This document shows, piece by piece, positions 35,630 through 45,337 of a stretch of DNA of 64,000 nucleotides. The notes under the pieces were generated by a model. It was given only the letters and a program-made list of their open reading frames with translations, had not been told where the DNA came from and made no database searches. How positions within the stretch are numbered: the stretch's first letter is position 1; each line of letters starts with the position of its first letter. The DNA comes from Candidatus Thorarchaeota archaeon. GTDB lineage: Archaea; Asgardarchaeota; Thorarchaeia; Thorarchaeales; Thorarchaeaceae. Both the position numbers and the translations under genes were made by a program. Location of the stretch: assembly GCA_020348985.1 (NCBI GenBank), contig CP070761.1:3068971-3132970 (forward strand), in the 5' to 3' direction.

Positions 35630-37501
35630 CTAGTCGTCTTCTCCGTAAATCATCTCATAGACGTCGATTGGGTCCTTATCTTCAACTTCTGGCCACAGTA
35701 TGTGTTTCACCCTCCTAATCAGTCTGAAGAGGTTCTCGCTTTTCCAGAGGTAGAAGACCAACACGATGCCTAGAATCCAGAAGTAAACGAATCGATAACA
35801 CAAAAGAATCACCCAAGAAGCCAGAAGACCAAGCAAGTGCCGCTTCTTGAATCTGAATTCTGCCCTGTCCGAGTAGGACAAATCCTTGTGGTCGAACAAC
35901 AGCGCCAAAAAAGGTGATAGTGCAAGAAGATAGAATTTGTAGGATCCTCGCGGATAGAATAGCTGGATGCAAAGCACCGCGACAAGGCCCCAGACAAGCA
36001 TGTGAGAGAAGAGAGTTCTGATGTTGCTTGGTGGATCATCCACTTTCGTAAGGGAGAATGTGCCATACACGAAAATGGCGCATGCAATTAGAAATACGTA
36101 GTTGATTAGGAGTACCGCGACGAAGTCAGTGAGCCATGTGGGGGCTCCAAGCCAAAGGAAGAACGTGTTGGCATGAACGGGCATCCAAAGATCAGGAATG
36201 AAGACGGTCAATCTATCAAGCGTACCTGTGTTCCATAGAATCATTCTGCCAAGATAGGTAGAAGCATCAACCAAAAGAAATGGAATTGATACTAGACCAG
36301 CTACGAGACAGAAGATACCCGTATGCGTCAGTGTGCTAATCAGTTTCTTCCTCACTCCAGAAACAGAATTCTGCTTAATCAGGTATACCGCAAGAAGAGG
36401 GAAGAAGACGACAGCAAACTGCTTGTACAGTGTGGCAATTGCGAGCGCTGCAATGGCATAGGGCCCCTTATTCCTCAATGCGAAGTAGTATGCGCCTACA
36501 ATAAAGAAGACAAATGGAGTCGGATTCAACCACATGAAGCTCCCGTACAATAGCGTGAACGGATTCAACAGATAGAGCATCATGGCGAAGATAGCACGTC
36601 TTTCATCTTCCGTGAGAATCACTGCAATTTTGTGGACGAAGATTGCCGTTCCTACATTGAACGAGAACAGGATAAAGCCGGGCAACCATGAAGGGACGTT
36701 TCCAAGAAGGCCAACGGTATAGATCCAGAGCGGCGGGTAGATGTATACGGCCATTTCCACGGAATAGGGATATACTCCTTCCCACAGGCGAGGAACCCAA
36801 GACAAGTAGAAGAACTGATAGTCGTTGTAGAATTCGACATGGACAATCTCTAGGAAGATTGGAGGCAGACCAAGACTGTATGTAGAAAGCGTGAATGTAC
36901 GCACAAAGAATAGAATGAGATTGAGTGCGACTCCCCCGACAAAGTATCGCTTCCATCCAGTAAGTGTCACGATTGCGCCAGCAAGAATAGTGAATGCGCC
37001 CGAAAACGCAATTGTTAGGGACACGTAAAAGCTGCTCGGGAACATTGTGTAGTAATAGGTCCAGACTGATTGATTGGTGTTTGAGTTGCTGATAATCAAA
37101 TGTAGTTCCACTCTGCCATCAGTTGATAGCTCAAGTGTTCCCCTTGGTTGATCAACCACTTCAAGGAGTGCCTCAATCTGATCCAGCGGAGTACCACTCT
37201 GGTACGCGCCATAGCCTAGTCTATCAACTATGATTGCGGTGCAATTTGATTGGTCAGATTGGTCAAGGCCCATAACCTCTATCCCGAACGAGTAATCAGA
37301 AGGCCCAAATTCGAGGGCAATAGATTCCACAACATCGCTACCTCCCTCGACATTGATTGCGAAGCCACCCCGGGAAGTTCCCGGAATGGAGAAGTGCCAA
37401 ACCAGCCCTACAGCGAGAAGAACGAATCCCACCAAATAGATCCCTTTGAGAAAGACTGTCCGTTCTGGAGGTTTCATGGTTGGCCATGGTGGGCCGCTCA
37501 A
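35630..37501 (-). CDS. polytopic membrane protein, GT-C-like glycosyltransferase (DUF2029/GT87-like)
   Basis: N-terminal TM + extracellular domain of about 130 aa, then at least 12 TM helices with a YIYPPLWIY motif typical of DUF2029-type mannosyltransferases. Assigned from memory. Confidence 0.5.
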   Translation of the reverse strand: MSGPPWPTMKPPERTVFLKGIYLVGFVLLAVGLVWHFSIPGTSRGGFAINVEGGSDVVESIALEFGPSDYSFGIEVMGLDQSDQSNCTAIIVDRLGYGAYQSGTPLDQIEALLEVVDQPRGTLELSTDGRVELHLIISNSNTNQSVWTYYYTMFPSSFYVSLTIAFSGAFTILAGAIVTLTGWKRYFVGGVALNLILFFVRTFTLSTYSLGLPPIFLEIVHVEFYNDYQFFYLSWVPRLWEGVYPYSVEMAVYIYPPLWIYTVGLLGNVPSWLPGFILFSFNVGTAIFVHKIAVILTEDERRAIFAMMLYLLNPFTLLYGSFMWLNPTPFVFFIVGAYYFALRNKGPYAIAALAIATLYKQFAVVFFPLLAVYLIKQNSVSGVRKKLISTLTHTGIFCLVAGLVSIPFLLVDASTYLGRMILWNTGTLDRLTVFIPDLWMPVHANTFFLWLGAPTWLTDFVAVLLINYVFLIACAIFVYGTFSLTKVDDPPSNIRTLFSHMLVWGLVAVLCIQLFYPRGSYKFYLLALSPFLALLFDHKDLSYSDRAEFRFKKRHLLGLLASWVILLCYRFVYFWILGIVLVFYLWKSENLFRLIRRVKHILWPEVEDKDPIDVYEMIYGEDD

Positions 37502-37570
37502 CCCCCAATATTACGCTTCGGGTACAATTTCTCAACTATTGCGCAAAAAGGCCGAATATAAGTGAGCGAA

Positions 37571-38146
37571 TCAAGACTTGGTTCCTTTCGGCAGGATTCC
37601 ATACCTTTCGACGAATTCCGACTTCAGAATGTCCATTACCACAACATCATGACGCTCACCGTTTCGGTAGGCCATCTCACGAATCTTCCCCTGATTCTTG
37701 AATCCAATCTTCTCGTAGAACCTTATGGCACGCTCATTGAACGAAGCAACCCAGAGGTAGACACTATGCATGTCAAGAACTGAATATGCAAAATCAAGCA
37801 AGACGATTAAGGCATCCGATCCAAATCCTTCCCCCCAAACCGAAGGGTCAAGAATTCCTAGGATACCTATCTCACCGCTTCGACTCATCCAACTGATATT
37901 GGCAAGATTCACAAGACCAACGAGCTTGCCAGTCTCCTTCGATTCGATTCCGAAAGTGAATCCGCTCCGTTTGGTGTATGACTCGTTGGCGCTCTGAATG
38001 TAAGCCTTCATGTCTTCAAGGCTCGTTGGCAGCGGTGTTGGTAAATACTGTCGCAGGTTGTAGTTGTTCCAATGACGTAGGATGGTTTCTGCATCTTCCA
38101 CGTCTAAGCGTCTCAAGCGCGTGAGCTTTCCTTCGTACATACCCAT
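37571..38146 (-). CDS. GNAT family N-acetyltransferase (RimJ/RimL-like)
   Basis: LTRLRRLDVEDAETILRHWNN start and a GEGFGSDAL...RAIRFYEKIGF acetyl-CoA motif. Confidence 0.8.
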   Translation of the reverse strand: MGMYEGKLTRLRRLDVEDAETILRHWNNYNLRQYLPTPLPTSLEDMKAYIQSANESYTKRSGFTFGIESKETGKLVGLVNLANISWMSRSGEIGILGILDPSVWGEGFGSDALIVLLDFAYSVLDMHSVYLWVASFNERAIRFYEKIGFKNQGKIREMAYRNGERHDVVVMDILKSEFVERYGILPKGTKS

Positions 38147-38241
38147 CAGTTAACGATTGTGCATCCGGTATAAAACGGGTCGGGAAGCGGCAGAATGAAT
38201 CTGAATCAAATCCTGAACCTAGTCCTTGACTGTCTCAGTCA

Positions 38242-39219
38242 CTATTCGGCCATTTCCTCCTCTGCCTTCAGCGATATCGTCGCTAGGAAGAATCTGAGGC
38301 TTACTGCTAGCATGCCCAAGCCAAAAGCAGCCCCGAAGATTGTGGGAAATATCATGTCGAAGTAGACGAGCCCTAAGTAGACCAGTAGTAGGCCAATGCC
38401 GCCACCTACACCCAGGTGCAATAGTCCAGCCATAAGTGTCATAGCTCGATAGGCAAGTTTGCGTGGGAATTTGAGGCGGATTATCCTTCCGGAGGCACCA
38501 TCAATGAGAGCATCGTAAGAACGGAGCGAGTAGCTATACTTGATATGCCAAACGGGGATGTGAACCAAGAAGACAGCCGGGACTTCTAGTTTCGCGTCAA
38601 TATCGTATATCCGATCTACCTCTTTCATTGCTTCCTCTCTGAGAAGACCTCTCATCGATTCTTTTGCTGACTCTATCGCTACTGAGCGTTCCACTACTGT
38701 ATGTTCTAGGCGACCCCCCATATTCTTGACAACATCCTTGCTGAAGAATTCCTTACGTTTCGTGGGGATTACATATTGCATCAAAGGGCGTGGCACATTA
38801 GCAGCAGCCGGAACGAAGATGTCCTTCTCCATTTCCAGATGCCCTTTCTCTGAAACATCCGTCCAACCGAGCTCAGAAGCCGTGTCTCCTTCACCAAAAT
38901 TGGGTTTCTTCTGGAACCCTGAATAGTCTGCGATTGCCTCAACCTCAACAACCCAGAATGGCCAGTATACGAGTCTGCTGCTCTCTATTTCCGCCTTGGT
39001 CTCAAGCGCCTTTGGTACACCCAGCTGCTTGAGGGCCCAGCTCAACATCTTGTCCTTTGTCTCTTTGATACTAAACTGGAGCCTCATAACGTAGCTCTCT
39101 TTCAGGATCTCTCCAGTTCGAACTTGCACAGTTGTTCCACAATATGGACAGACGGCAGTACTGCTGTTCTCTGGAACTTCGAACGGACCATCACAGTTTG
39201 GACATCGTAGATCAGTCAT
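38242..39219 (-). CDS. Zn-ribbon / 2-TM membrane protein, paralogue B
   Basis: CPNCDG...CPYCGT ribbon, a soluble domain with LVYWPFWVVEV and VHIPVWHIKYSY...DGASGRII, and two C-terminal TM helices. ATGA overlap with the upstream paralogue. Confidence 0.7.
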   Translation of the reverse strand: MTDLRCPNCDGPFEVPENSSTAVCPYCGTTVQVRTGEILKESYVMRLQFSIKETKDKMLSWALKQLGVPKALETKAEIESSRLVYWPFWVVEVEAIADYSGFQKKPNFGEGDTASELGWTDVSEKGHLEMEKDIFVPAAANVPRPLMQYVIPTKRKEFFSKDVVKNMGGRLEHTVVERSVAIESAKESMRGLLREEAMKEVDRIYDIDAKLEVPAVFLVHIPVWHIKYSYSLRSYDALIDGASGRIIRLKFPRKLAYRAMTLMAGLLHLGVGGGIGLLLVYLGLVYFDMIFPTIFGAAFGLGMLAVSLRFFLATISLKAEEEMAE

Positions 39220-40280
39220 CGTCTTCGCCTCCCCAGGCTACTGACAGAATCAGTGAAATCAAAAGCATCCTCGCGTTCTTTTCCACTGGCTGTCAGCGTG
39301 ACTTCATATCTGAGCACATGACCCAAGAAGATCAAGCCGGCCACCCAGAGGAACGCTCCGCCCCCGAACAGAAGAACGGGGACCAGAAGCGCTTCGGAAT
39401 CGGTGCTGCTTTGAAGGATTATTGCAGTCGCGTATGGCAGTGCTTGGAAGAGAAGAGCAGATGCGATGAACATGACTATGCTTGTCAACCATCTCTTCAT
39501 TCTGTAGAGTTTCGTGACGGGTAGCTCACCAAGGATCACTTCCCCCGTCGCCCCTGAGACAGCCACGCGGAATGTCCCTCTCATGTAGTTATAACGGACC
39601 AACCAGTAAGGTGCATGCGTGTATGAACGGTCAGTGACGTCCATGTTAATCCGGTAGTCGAAGAGTCGGTCGAGTTCTTCTTGGAGATGCACCCTATCCT
39701 CCTCAGACTTCCTATAGAGCGCTCTCGGGTTGGCGTCTTCCTCTCCGATCTCTGCATTTAGCACAGGGGCTTCAGTACTGCTTATGTCGAAGTCTTCGGT
39801 TGCGAGGCCCTGGAAGGTCTCTATATATTCCTCAACGCCGAAAGTTGCAGCGTGCCTACGTGCTATAACCCAAATCTCAGCTTCTTCATTCTCACTACGT
39901 TCAATCTTCTTCCATACTGTGCGGTTTCCTCGCTTCTCTTTCTTTCCGCCAAGATGATATGTCTGGCAATTGCCGCGGACTCTGAAGAATGGAATCCATC
40001 GGAGGTCGGGAGTTTCGATTTCGACCTGGTCCATGATGCCTCGCCCAACTGACTTCCCAGCGGCGAAGGAAAGCCACATCTTGACAACATCTACTACTTC
40101 ATCTGGTGACAGCTTGTTGGGCAACAAGAGATGCCTACCGATTTCGTCGCCGCCTACCGTGAAGGTGAATCCACAGTATGGGCACGTGGCTATGACATCA
40201 TCGGCTCCCAAAGGGTACGGAGCATTACACTTCTCGCAACGATACTGTTCTATGTCCTTCGTTTCACCATCAATGGCCAA
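39216..40280 (-). CDS. Zn-ribbon / 2-TM membrane protein, paralogue A
   Basis: CEKCNA...CPYCGF ribbon, RWIPFFRV and HAPYWLVRYNY...SGATGEVILGELP, and two C-terminal TM helices. Confidence 0.7.
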   Translation of the reverse strand: MAIDGETKDIEQYRCEKCNAPYPLGADDVIATCPYCGFTFTVGGDEIGRHLLLPNKLSPDEVVDVVKMWLSFAAGKSVGRGIMDQVEIETPDLRWIPFFRVRGNCQTYHLGGKKEKRGNRTVWKKIERSENEEAEIWVIARRHAATFGVEEYIETFQGLATEDFDISSTEAPVLNAEIGEEDANPRALYRKSEEDRVHLQEELDRLFDYRINMDVTDRSYTHAPYWLVRYNYMRGTFRVAVSGATGEVILGELPVTKLYRMKRWLTSIVMFIASALLFQALPYATAIILQSSTDSEALLVPVLLFGGGAFLWVAGLIFLGHVLRYEVTLTASGKEREDAFDFTDSVSSLGRRRR

Positions 40281-40389
40281 AGTTGAAGCAACTCCAATCT
40301 CACGCGTTTATCACAGTAATCTGACTGACTTATCAATCTCACTCATGTCCAATAGTGTAAGTCCAAGCCGATGGTGTGCTGCTCGGTTC

Positions 40390-43300
40390 TTAGCCAGCTG
40401 ACGAAACAAAATCCTCGGCAAGAATCTTGTCAAGTGTCTTAACGATGCGGTCGGCGTCGATCTTGGAGAAGACCAGAGAGGGTTTGATTATCAGAACATT
40501 GTGGTGGATTCCGTCAGAACCGATCATAATCTGATTGTCCTTCATGCGCTCAGCAATGTACCTCGCCTCTTCGGCAGCGGGCTTCAATGAATCACGATCT
40601 CCTACTAGCTCAACGCCGATGAAAAGCCCAGAACCTCTGACATCACCAATGATGCTGTGCCTATCGCCCAATTGACTCAATTGCTCGATAAGATAACTTC
40701 CTGTGGAGTGAGCATTTTCCTGCAGTGCTTCTTCTTCGAGGACATCTAGAACAGTAAGTCCCACAGCACACGACACAGTATTGCCTCCTGTGGTGCTGAA
40801 CCATTCCATACCCGCTCCAAGCGATTCTGCTATCTCACGTGTAGTTATGACTGCACCAATGGGATGTCCATTGCCTATTGGTTTGCCAAGAGTGACTATG
40901 TCTGGAACGACACCCTGTGTCTCAAAACCCCAGAAGTGAGTTCCAACTCGTCCGAAACCAACTTGGACTTCATCCACAATGCAGATACCGCCTGCTTCTC
41001 GAACATGTCGAAACGCGCTCTTCAGGTACTGTTCTGGAAAAACAATCTGTCCTCCACAAGACATGATTGACTCACAAAGGAAGGCCGCAGGCTTCCTCCC
41101 ACTTGCAGCCAGTTCATCGACTATCTCCTTCAAATCTGTCGCGTACTTCTTTCCGGCTTCCGAGTCTGATCTTCGATAAGGTCCCCTGAATGTGTCTGGA
41201 ATCCGCACCTTATGGACATGTGGTGGCATGCCTTTCCCACCAGGGCCCTCGGACTTGTACGGACTCAGACCAACCAAAGCTTCCGTGTTGCCATGATAGG
41301 CCCCTTCGATGACAATCATGTCCTCATTGCCCGTGTAGGCTCTGGCTAGTCTAAGTGCCAGCTCGTTTGCCTCGCTTCCGCTGTTCACGAAAAAGCAGAT
41401 ACTCAGTGGCATTGGGAACTTGGTACACAGCTTCTCAGCATACTCGACGAGTGCCTCATGTATGTAGCGTGTGTTGGTGTTTAGGACTGCCGCTTGCCTC
41501 TGCAATGCTTCGACGACTTTGGGGTGGCTGTGGCCAACAATCGGCACATTGTTTCTAGCGTCGAGGTATGCTCTGCCGTCCTTGTCGTAGAGATACTGCA
41601 TGTATCCCTCTACAATCTCAATCGGCTCCTCGTACATAAGGCTGAGAGAACTACTCAGCCTCTGACTCCTGATATCCAAGATTTCGTCGCGGCCTAGCCT
41701 TTCAACTCGCACGGGCTTATCGGGGAGTCCAAGAATGACGTTGGGGTCCGGCGAAATGCTCTTCCAAAGCTGTCTCCGGTTTGGACTTGCGGCTCCGAAA
41801 AAGTCACCTTCTCTCCCAATCATGTCAACAATGACCTGAAAGTGAAGATGTGATGGCCAGCCACCATTGGTCGGGTATTCGCCCACTTCTCCTATCTTGT
41901 CCCCTTTCCTGATCGAACTTCCTTTGACTAGGTTATCAATCGAGTCCAGAGAGAGATGAGCGTACAGAGTGTAGAACTTCAGATCAGAATTCTCGATGCT
42001 ATGCTCAACAACAATCGTGGGACCGTTGTCAAGTGGAGAGTCATTGTTTCTGAAACTGTGAATCGTTCCATCAAGCGGAGCAAATAGCGGTGTTCCGGAT
42101 TCAAGAAACAGGTCAATAGCCAAGTGCACTGTCCTTGATTCGGGGCCATCGATTCCCATCAAAGAGTACTGATCTCCGGCATAGATGAGCCGGGCCTCGT
42201 CATATCGTCCGACACCATATTCCGCCAGTTCGTCTCTCAGCCGAGCCTCAATCATTCTGCTCCACTTCTCAATTTCCATCAGGTCGCCTAGGGTGCCAAA
42301 TTCAGTGGAGCCTGCAGACAGGTCAAAGACCACATGAGGTGTCGAAGAAAGGTCAAAGTCAACGATAGACCCAATCTTCTTGCGGTTCTTCTTCAACCAC
42401 TCAGTTACCTCGCTACTTTTCTGGCATGGAACGAGGTCACAAGCATCACGGAAGGTGTATGTAACAAGCCGCGGGTTTACTACTCTGAGCTTCTCGAGAG
42501 CCTCCCACGCCATCTCCTCACTTATTCTGAGGTATTCGTTTTGGGGCTCCAACTTGCTTTGGTAGGCCGCAATGGCCACTGTCATTGTCAACCTTGTACA
42601 AATCATGTAGAAGAGAAGGTCGATTTCATGTTCTTCTAAAGGAAACACTGAATGATAGCCCTTGACTACTTCCGCTGCAGCAGCGATTGGATCTGCATGA
42701 CCAAGAACTGCGTAGGCAATCGCTATGGCCAGCTCGAAAACAGTGTGACTGAATACAAGGTCGCCGAAGTCGACTACACCAAACCGGGATCGATTGCCAG
42801 GTACAGCCCAATCAACTATGACATTGTAATCATTGAAGTCATTGTGAACAACGCTCTTTCTCAAAGTCGATAGAGCCGGCTTGACTCTGTTTTCGTATTC
42901 ACTAAGGAAGTGTTTGACGATTCCTTGCTGAACGGGGTCCCCTATATCCCCAACGTGTTTTGGGATTACTTGGTCCGCGTTCTTCATGTCCCAATATAAG
43001 TCCCTGTGAGCTGCAGGGTGTTTGAAATCTTGAAGCGCCTTCGTCACTGAACCTATGAATTCACCAAACTCACGGAGCAATTTCGTCGAATGAGGATTGA
43101 CCTTTGCATACACTTTCCCAGGAACATAACGAAGCAGTCTCACCATGTAGTGGTTTCCCTGTGGATCGTCGACAATCTCAATGTACCTGCCTTCCTTGCT
43201 TTTCGTGGGTGTTGGGCATAGCATCAATCCTGTTTTGGCAACAATGTGGAGCATTGCGGAGTTTTGTGATTCGATTATGTCGCGTTCATCTGAAAGTGCT

Positions 43301-43476
43301 GAGAACTTCAGGACAAACTCCTCACCCGAGTCTGTCCTTACGTAGTAGTTGCGGTCTCGCTCGCTTGGCAGTTCTCTCAAGTCGCCAACTGCAGAGAAAA
43401 TGTCTTCTGCCACTTTGGCTGCTTCCTGTTTGTCGAACCGTGGGCGAAAGGCGTCTTTTGTTGACATGTGAGTCAT
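40390..43476 (-). CDS. tri-domain fusion: APH-like kinase + M23 (LytM) peptidase domain + class III PLP aminotransferase/phospho-lyase-like domain
   Basis: Kinase: [13 protein letters not shown] and VVDFGDL. M23: TVHLAIDLF (HxxxD), YAHLS and PSHLHFQV (HxH). Aminotransferase class III: [28 protein letters not shown] and [13 protein letters not shown] (PLP Lys). Confidence 0.85.
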   Translation of the reverse strand: MTHMSTKDAFRPRFDKQEAAKVAEDIFSAVGDLRELPSERDRNYYVRTDSGEEFVLKFSALSDERDIIESQNSAMLHIVAKTGLMLCPTPTKSKEGRYIEIVDDPQGNHYMVRLLRYVPGKVYAKVNPHSTKLLREFGEFIGSVTKALQDFKHPAAHRDLYWDMKNADQVIPKHVGDIGDPVQQGIVKHFLSEYENRVKPALSTLRKSVVHNDFNDYNVIVDWAVPGNRSRFGVVDFGDLVFSHTVFELAIAIAYAVLGHADPIAAAAEVVKGYHSVFPLEEHEIDLLFYMICTRLTMTVAIAAYQSKLEPQNEYLRISEEMAWEALEKLRVVNPRLVTYTFRDACDLVPCQKSSEVTEWLKKNRKKIGSIVDFDLSSTPHVVFDLSAGSTEFGTLGDLMEIEKWSRMIEARLRDELAEYGVGRYDEARLIYAGDQYSLMGIDGPESRTVHLAIDLFLESGTPLFAPLDGTIHSFRNNDSPLDNGPTIVVEHSIENSDLKFYTLYAHLSLDSIDNLVKGSSIRKGDKIGEVGEYPTNGGWPSHLHFQVIVDMIGREGDFFGAASPNRRQLWKSISPDPNVILGLPDKPVRVERLGRDEILDIRSQRLSSSLSLMYEEPIEIVEGYMQYLYDKDGRAYLDARNNVPIVGHSHPKVVEALQRQAAVLNTNTRYIHEALVEYAEKLCTKFPMPLSICFFVNSGSEANELALRLARAYTGNEDMIVIEGAYHGNTEALVGLSPYKSEGPGGKGMPPHVHKVRIPDTFRGPYRRSDSEAGKKYATDLKEIVDELAASGRKPAAFLCESIMSCGGQIVFPEQYLKSAFRHVREAGGICIVDEVQVGFGRVGTHFWGFETQGVVPDIVTLGKPIGNGHPIGAVITTREIAESLGAGMEWFSTTGGNTVSCAVGLTVLDVLEEEALQENAHSTGSYLIEQLSQLGDRHSIIGDVRGSGLFIGVELVGDRDSLKPAAEEARYIAERMKDNQIMIGSDGIHHNVLIIKPSLVFSKIDADRIVKTLDKILAEDFVSSAG

Positions 43477-43615
43477 CCCTCACGACTTATGAAAACAGGC
43501 ACCAAGCGCTGATATCGTTTCTCCTCGGTCGGCTATCAATCACACCAGCTGACACTGATTGGCCAAAAGACTTCTATCTTGGGATTATAGTTCAGAATGC
43601 AGAGGAGAATGACAC

Positions 43616-44038
43616 ATGCCGTTTTTTGAGAGCACTGAGCAGTTCAAGGAAGTCTTCGACAGGTTCTGGGAACTCGCCATGGAGGAGACAGAGGTCATCG
43701 AAAAGCTAGGGAAATCCCAAATCGTTGTCAGATTCGACATCGAACAACCAGAAGTCCACTTAACCATCAACTTCCGAGACCCTGGTCCGGACGGTGAGAT
43801 CGGGACATTGTCCTACAACGCAGACGTTGAGCCGGAAATCACCGTCTGGTCAACTTCGGAAACCACCAACAAGTTCTGGCAGGGTAAGCTTAACGCAACT
43901 GTGGCCATGGCAAAGGGCCAGGTCAAAATGCAGGGATCTATTGCCAAGGCACTTGGATTGCTGTCCAAGATTAAGCCGCTCTATAAGTTCTGGCCCGAAG
44001 TCCTTAAGGAGAAAGGCTTGGACAGCATGGTCTTGTGA
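43616..44038 (+). CDS. SCP2 sterol/lipid-carrier domain protein
   Basis: FWQGKLNATVAMAKGQVKMQGSIAKALGL, a typical SCP2 C-terminal motif. Confidence 0.75.
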   Translation: MPFFESTEQFKEVFDRFWELAMEETEVIEKLGKSQIVVRFDIEQPEVHLTINFRDPGPDGEIGTLSYNADVEPEITVWSTSETTNKFWQGKLNATVAMAKGQVKMQGSIAKALGLLSKIKPLYKFWPEVLKEKGLDSMVL

Positions 44039-44153
44039 CCAGCGTGACCAGGATCGTGCAACGACGGAGGTTCAGAAAGCAAAGTATATTAGCCTAGAAT
44101 TGGGCCTTTAGCTTGTAAGACAATATTAACCATTGTTAAACAGGTGAGATATC

Positions 44154-44372
44154 ATGGCTGAAGCAATCACAAAGACAATGACGATTGGAGAAGTCGTCGC
44201 GAAATGGCCCGAGACTGCAGCAGTGTTCCTCGAATGGGGTCTTCACTGCTACGGATGTGCAGTCGCCAGATACGAGAACATTGAGCAGGGTGCAACTGCC
44301 CATGGCATCCCGGCTGATGATCTGGTAAAGGCGTTGAACGAGGTTGTTGCCAAGACCTCAGCGACCGCATAA
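44154..44372 (+). CDS. DUF1858 (hybrid-cluster-protein-associated redox disulfide) domain protein
   Basis: TIGEVVAKWPETAAVFLEWGLHCYGCAVARYENIEQGA pattern. Confidence 0.7.
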   Translation: MAEAITKTMTIGEVVAKWPETAAVFLEWGLHCYGCAVARYENIEQGATAHGIPADDLVKALNEVVAKTSATA

Positions 44373-44388
44373 GCCCAGAATGAGAAGC

Positions 44389-45228
44389 TCAGGTACGGCC
44401 GTATAGGCGGCCTGATTCTTCTTCCGTCATCTCGAAACTGTGAGTCTCATCCGGAAAGACGCCAGCTCTTACTTCTTCTGAGTATGCCTTCACTGCCTCA
44501 GAGATCACTGATCGAATGTCTGCATACTTCTTCAAGAACTTCGGCTTGAAATCCTCGAAGAGACCCAGCATATCCCAGAGAACAAGGACCTGACCGTCGC
44601 AATATGGACCTGCGCCTATTCCGATAGTAGGAATTCCTACTGACTCAGTGATCAGTTTGGCAGTCTCTGTTGGCACGAGCTCGATGACCATTGAGAAGGC
44701 TCCAGCCTCTTCGATTCTCTTCGCTTGCTCAACAAGGACCTCGGCACCATCTGCCGTCCGTCCTTGAACTCTATATCCGCCTAGTTCGTAGATTGACTGT
44801 GGGGTCAGTCCGATGTGGCCCATAACAGGTATGCCAGCATCCACTACAGCAGCGATTTTGTCAACAACATCTCCGCCGCCCTCAATTTTCACAGCCTCAG
44901 CCCCTCCCTCTTGGAGCATCCTACCGCAGTTCTCTAGAGCTTGGGTCTCGCTCACCTTGTAGGACATGAAGGGCATGTCACCAACAATCAGACTGTTGGG
45001 GCGAGCACGAGAGACCGCCTTGCAGTGATGAATCACATCATCTAGTGTAACAGGAATTGTACTCTCGTAGCCCAGTAGTGTATTTCCGACCGAATCGCCC
45101 ACAAGGATGAGGTCTACGCCGCAGTCGCTTAGAATTCTGGCAGTAGGAGCGTCATATGCTGTTAGCATCACGATCTTCTTGCCCTTCTTCTTTTTTCCCC
45201 GGATTCTATAAGTAGTGACTCTGGCCAT
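44389..45228 (-). CDS. panB: 3-methyl-2-oxobutanoate hydroxymethyltransferase
   Basis: MLTAYD, LVGDSVGN and VKIEGG motifs. ATG 45228 (GGAAGTGA 8 nt upstream) is preferred over 45252. Confidence 0.9.
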   Translation of the reverse strand: MARVTTYRIRGKKKKGKKIVMLTAYDAPTARILSDCGVDLILVGDSVGNTLLGYESTIPVTLDDVIHHCKAVSRARPNSLIVGDMPFMSYKVSETQALENCGRMLQEGGAEAVKIEGGGDVVDKIAAVVDAGIPVMGHIGLTPQSIYELGGYRVQGRTADGAEVLVEQAKRIEEAGAFSMVIELVPTETAKLITESVGIPTIGIGAGPYCDGQVLVLWDMLGLFEDFKPKFLKKYADIRSVISEAVKAYSEEVRAGVFPDETHSFEMTEEESGRLYGRT

Positions 45229-45263
45229 TATCGTTTCACTTCCCAGGTCCATGTCGGACCATC

Positions 45264-45271
45264 ATATATAG
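45264..45271 (-). promoter_or_regulatory. TATA-like box for panB
   Basis: The minus strand reads CTATATAT about 35-40 nt upstream of ATG 45228. Confidence 0.3.
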
Positions 45272-45305
45272 AGTTCCCATCAGACAATGGTATGTCTGGG
45301 TATGG

Positions 45306-45314
45306 TATATATTT
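45306..45314 (+). promoter_or_regulatory. TATA-like box for the DUF362 gene (possibly a leaderless mRNA)
   Basis: TATATATTT centred about 27 nt upstream of ATG 45338, the spacing expected between an archaeal TATA box and the transcription start site. Confidence 0.35.
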
Positions 45315-45337
45315 CCCATAGGAATCAAGGCATTGAG

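Noticed and set aside
43104-43709. 201-aa plus-strand ORF
   Set aside because: It is antisense to the N-terminal kinase domain of the 1028-aa gene and runs into the SCP2 gene start. It is Cys/Arg/Ser-rich. Shadow ORF.
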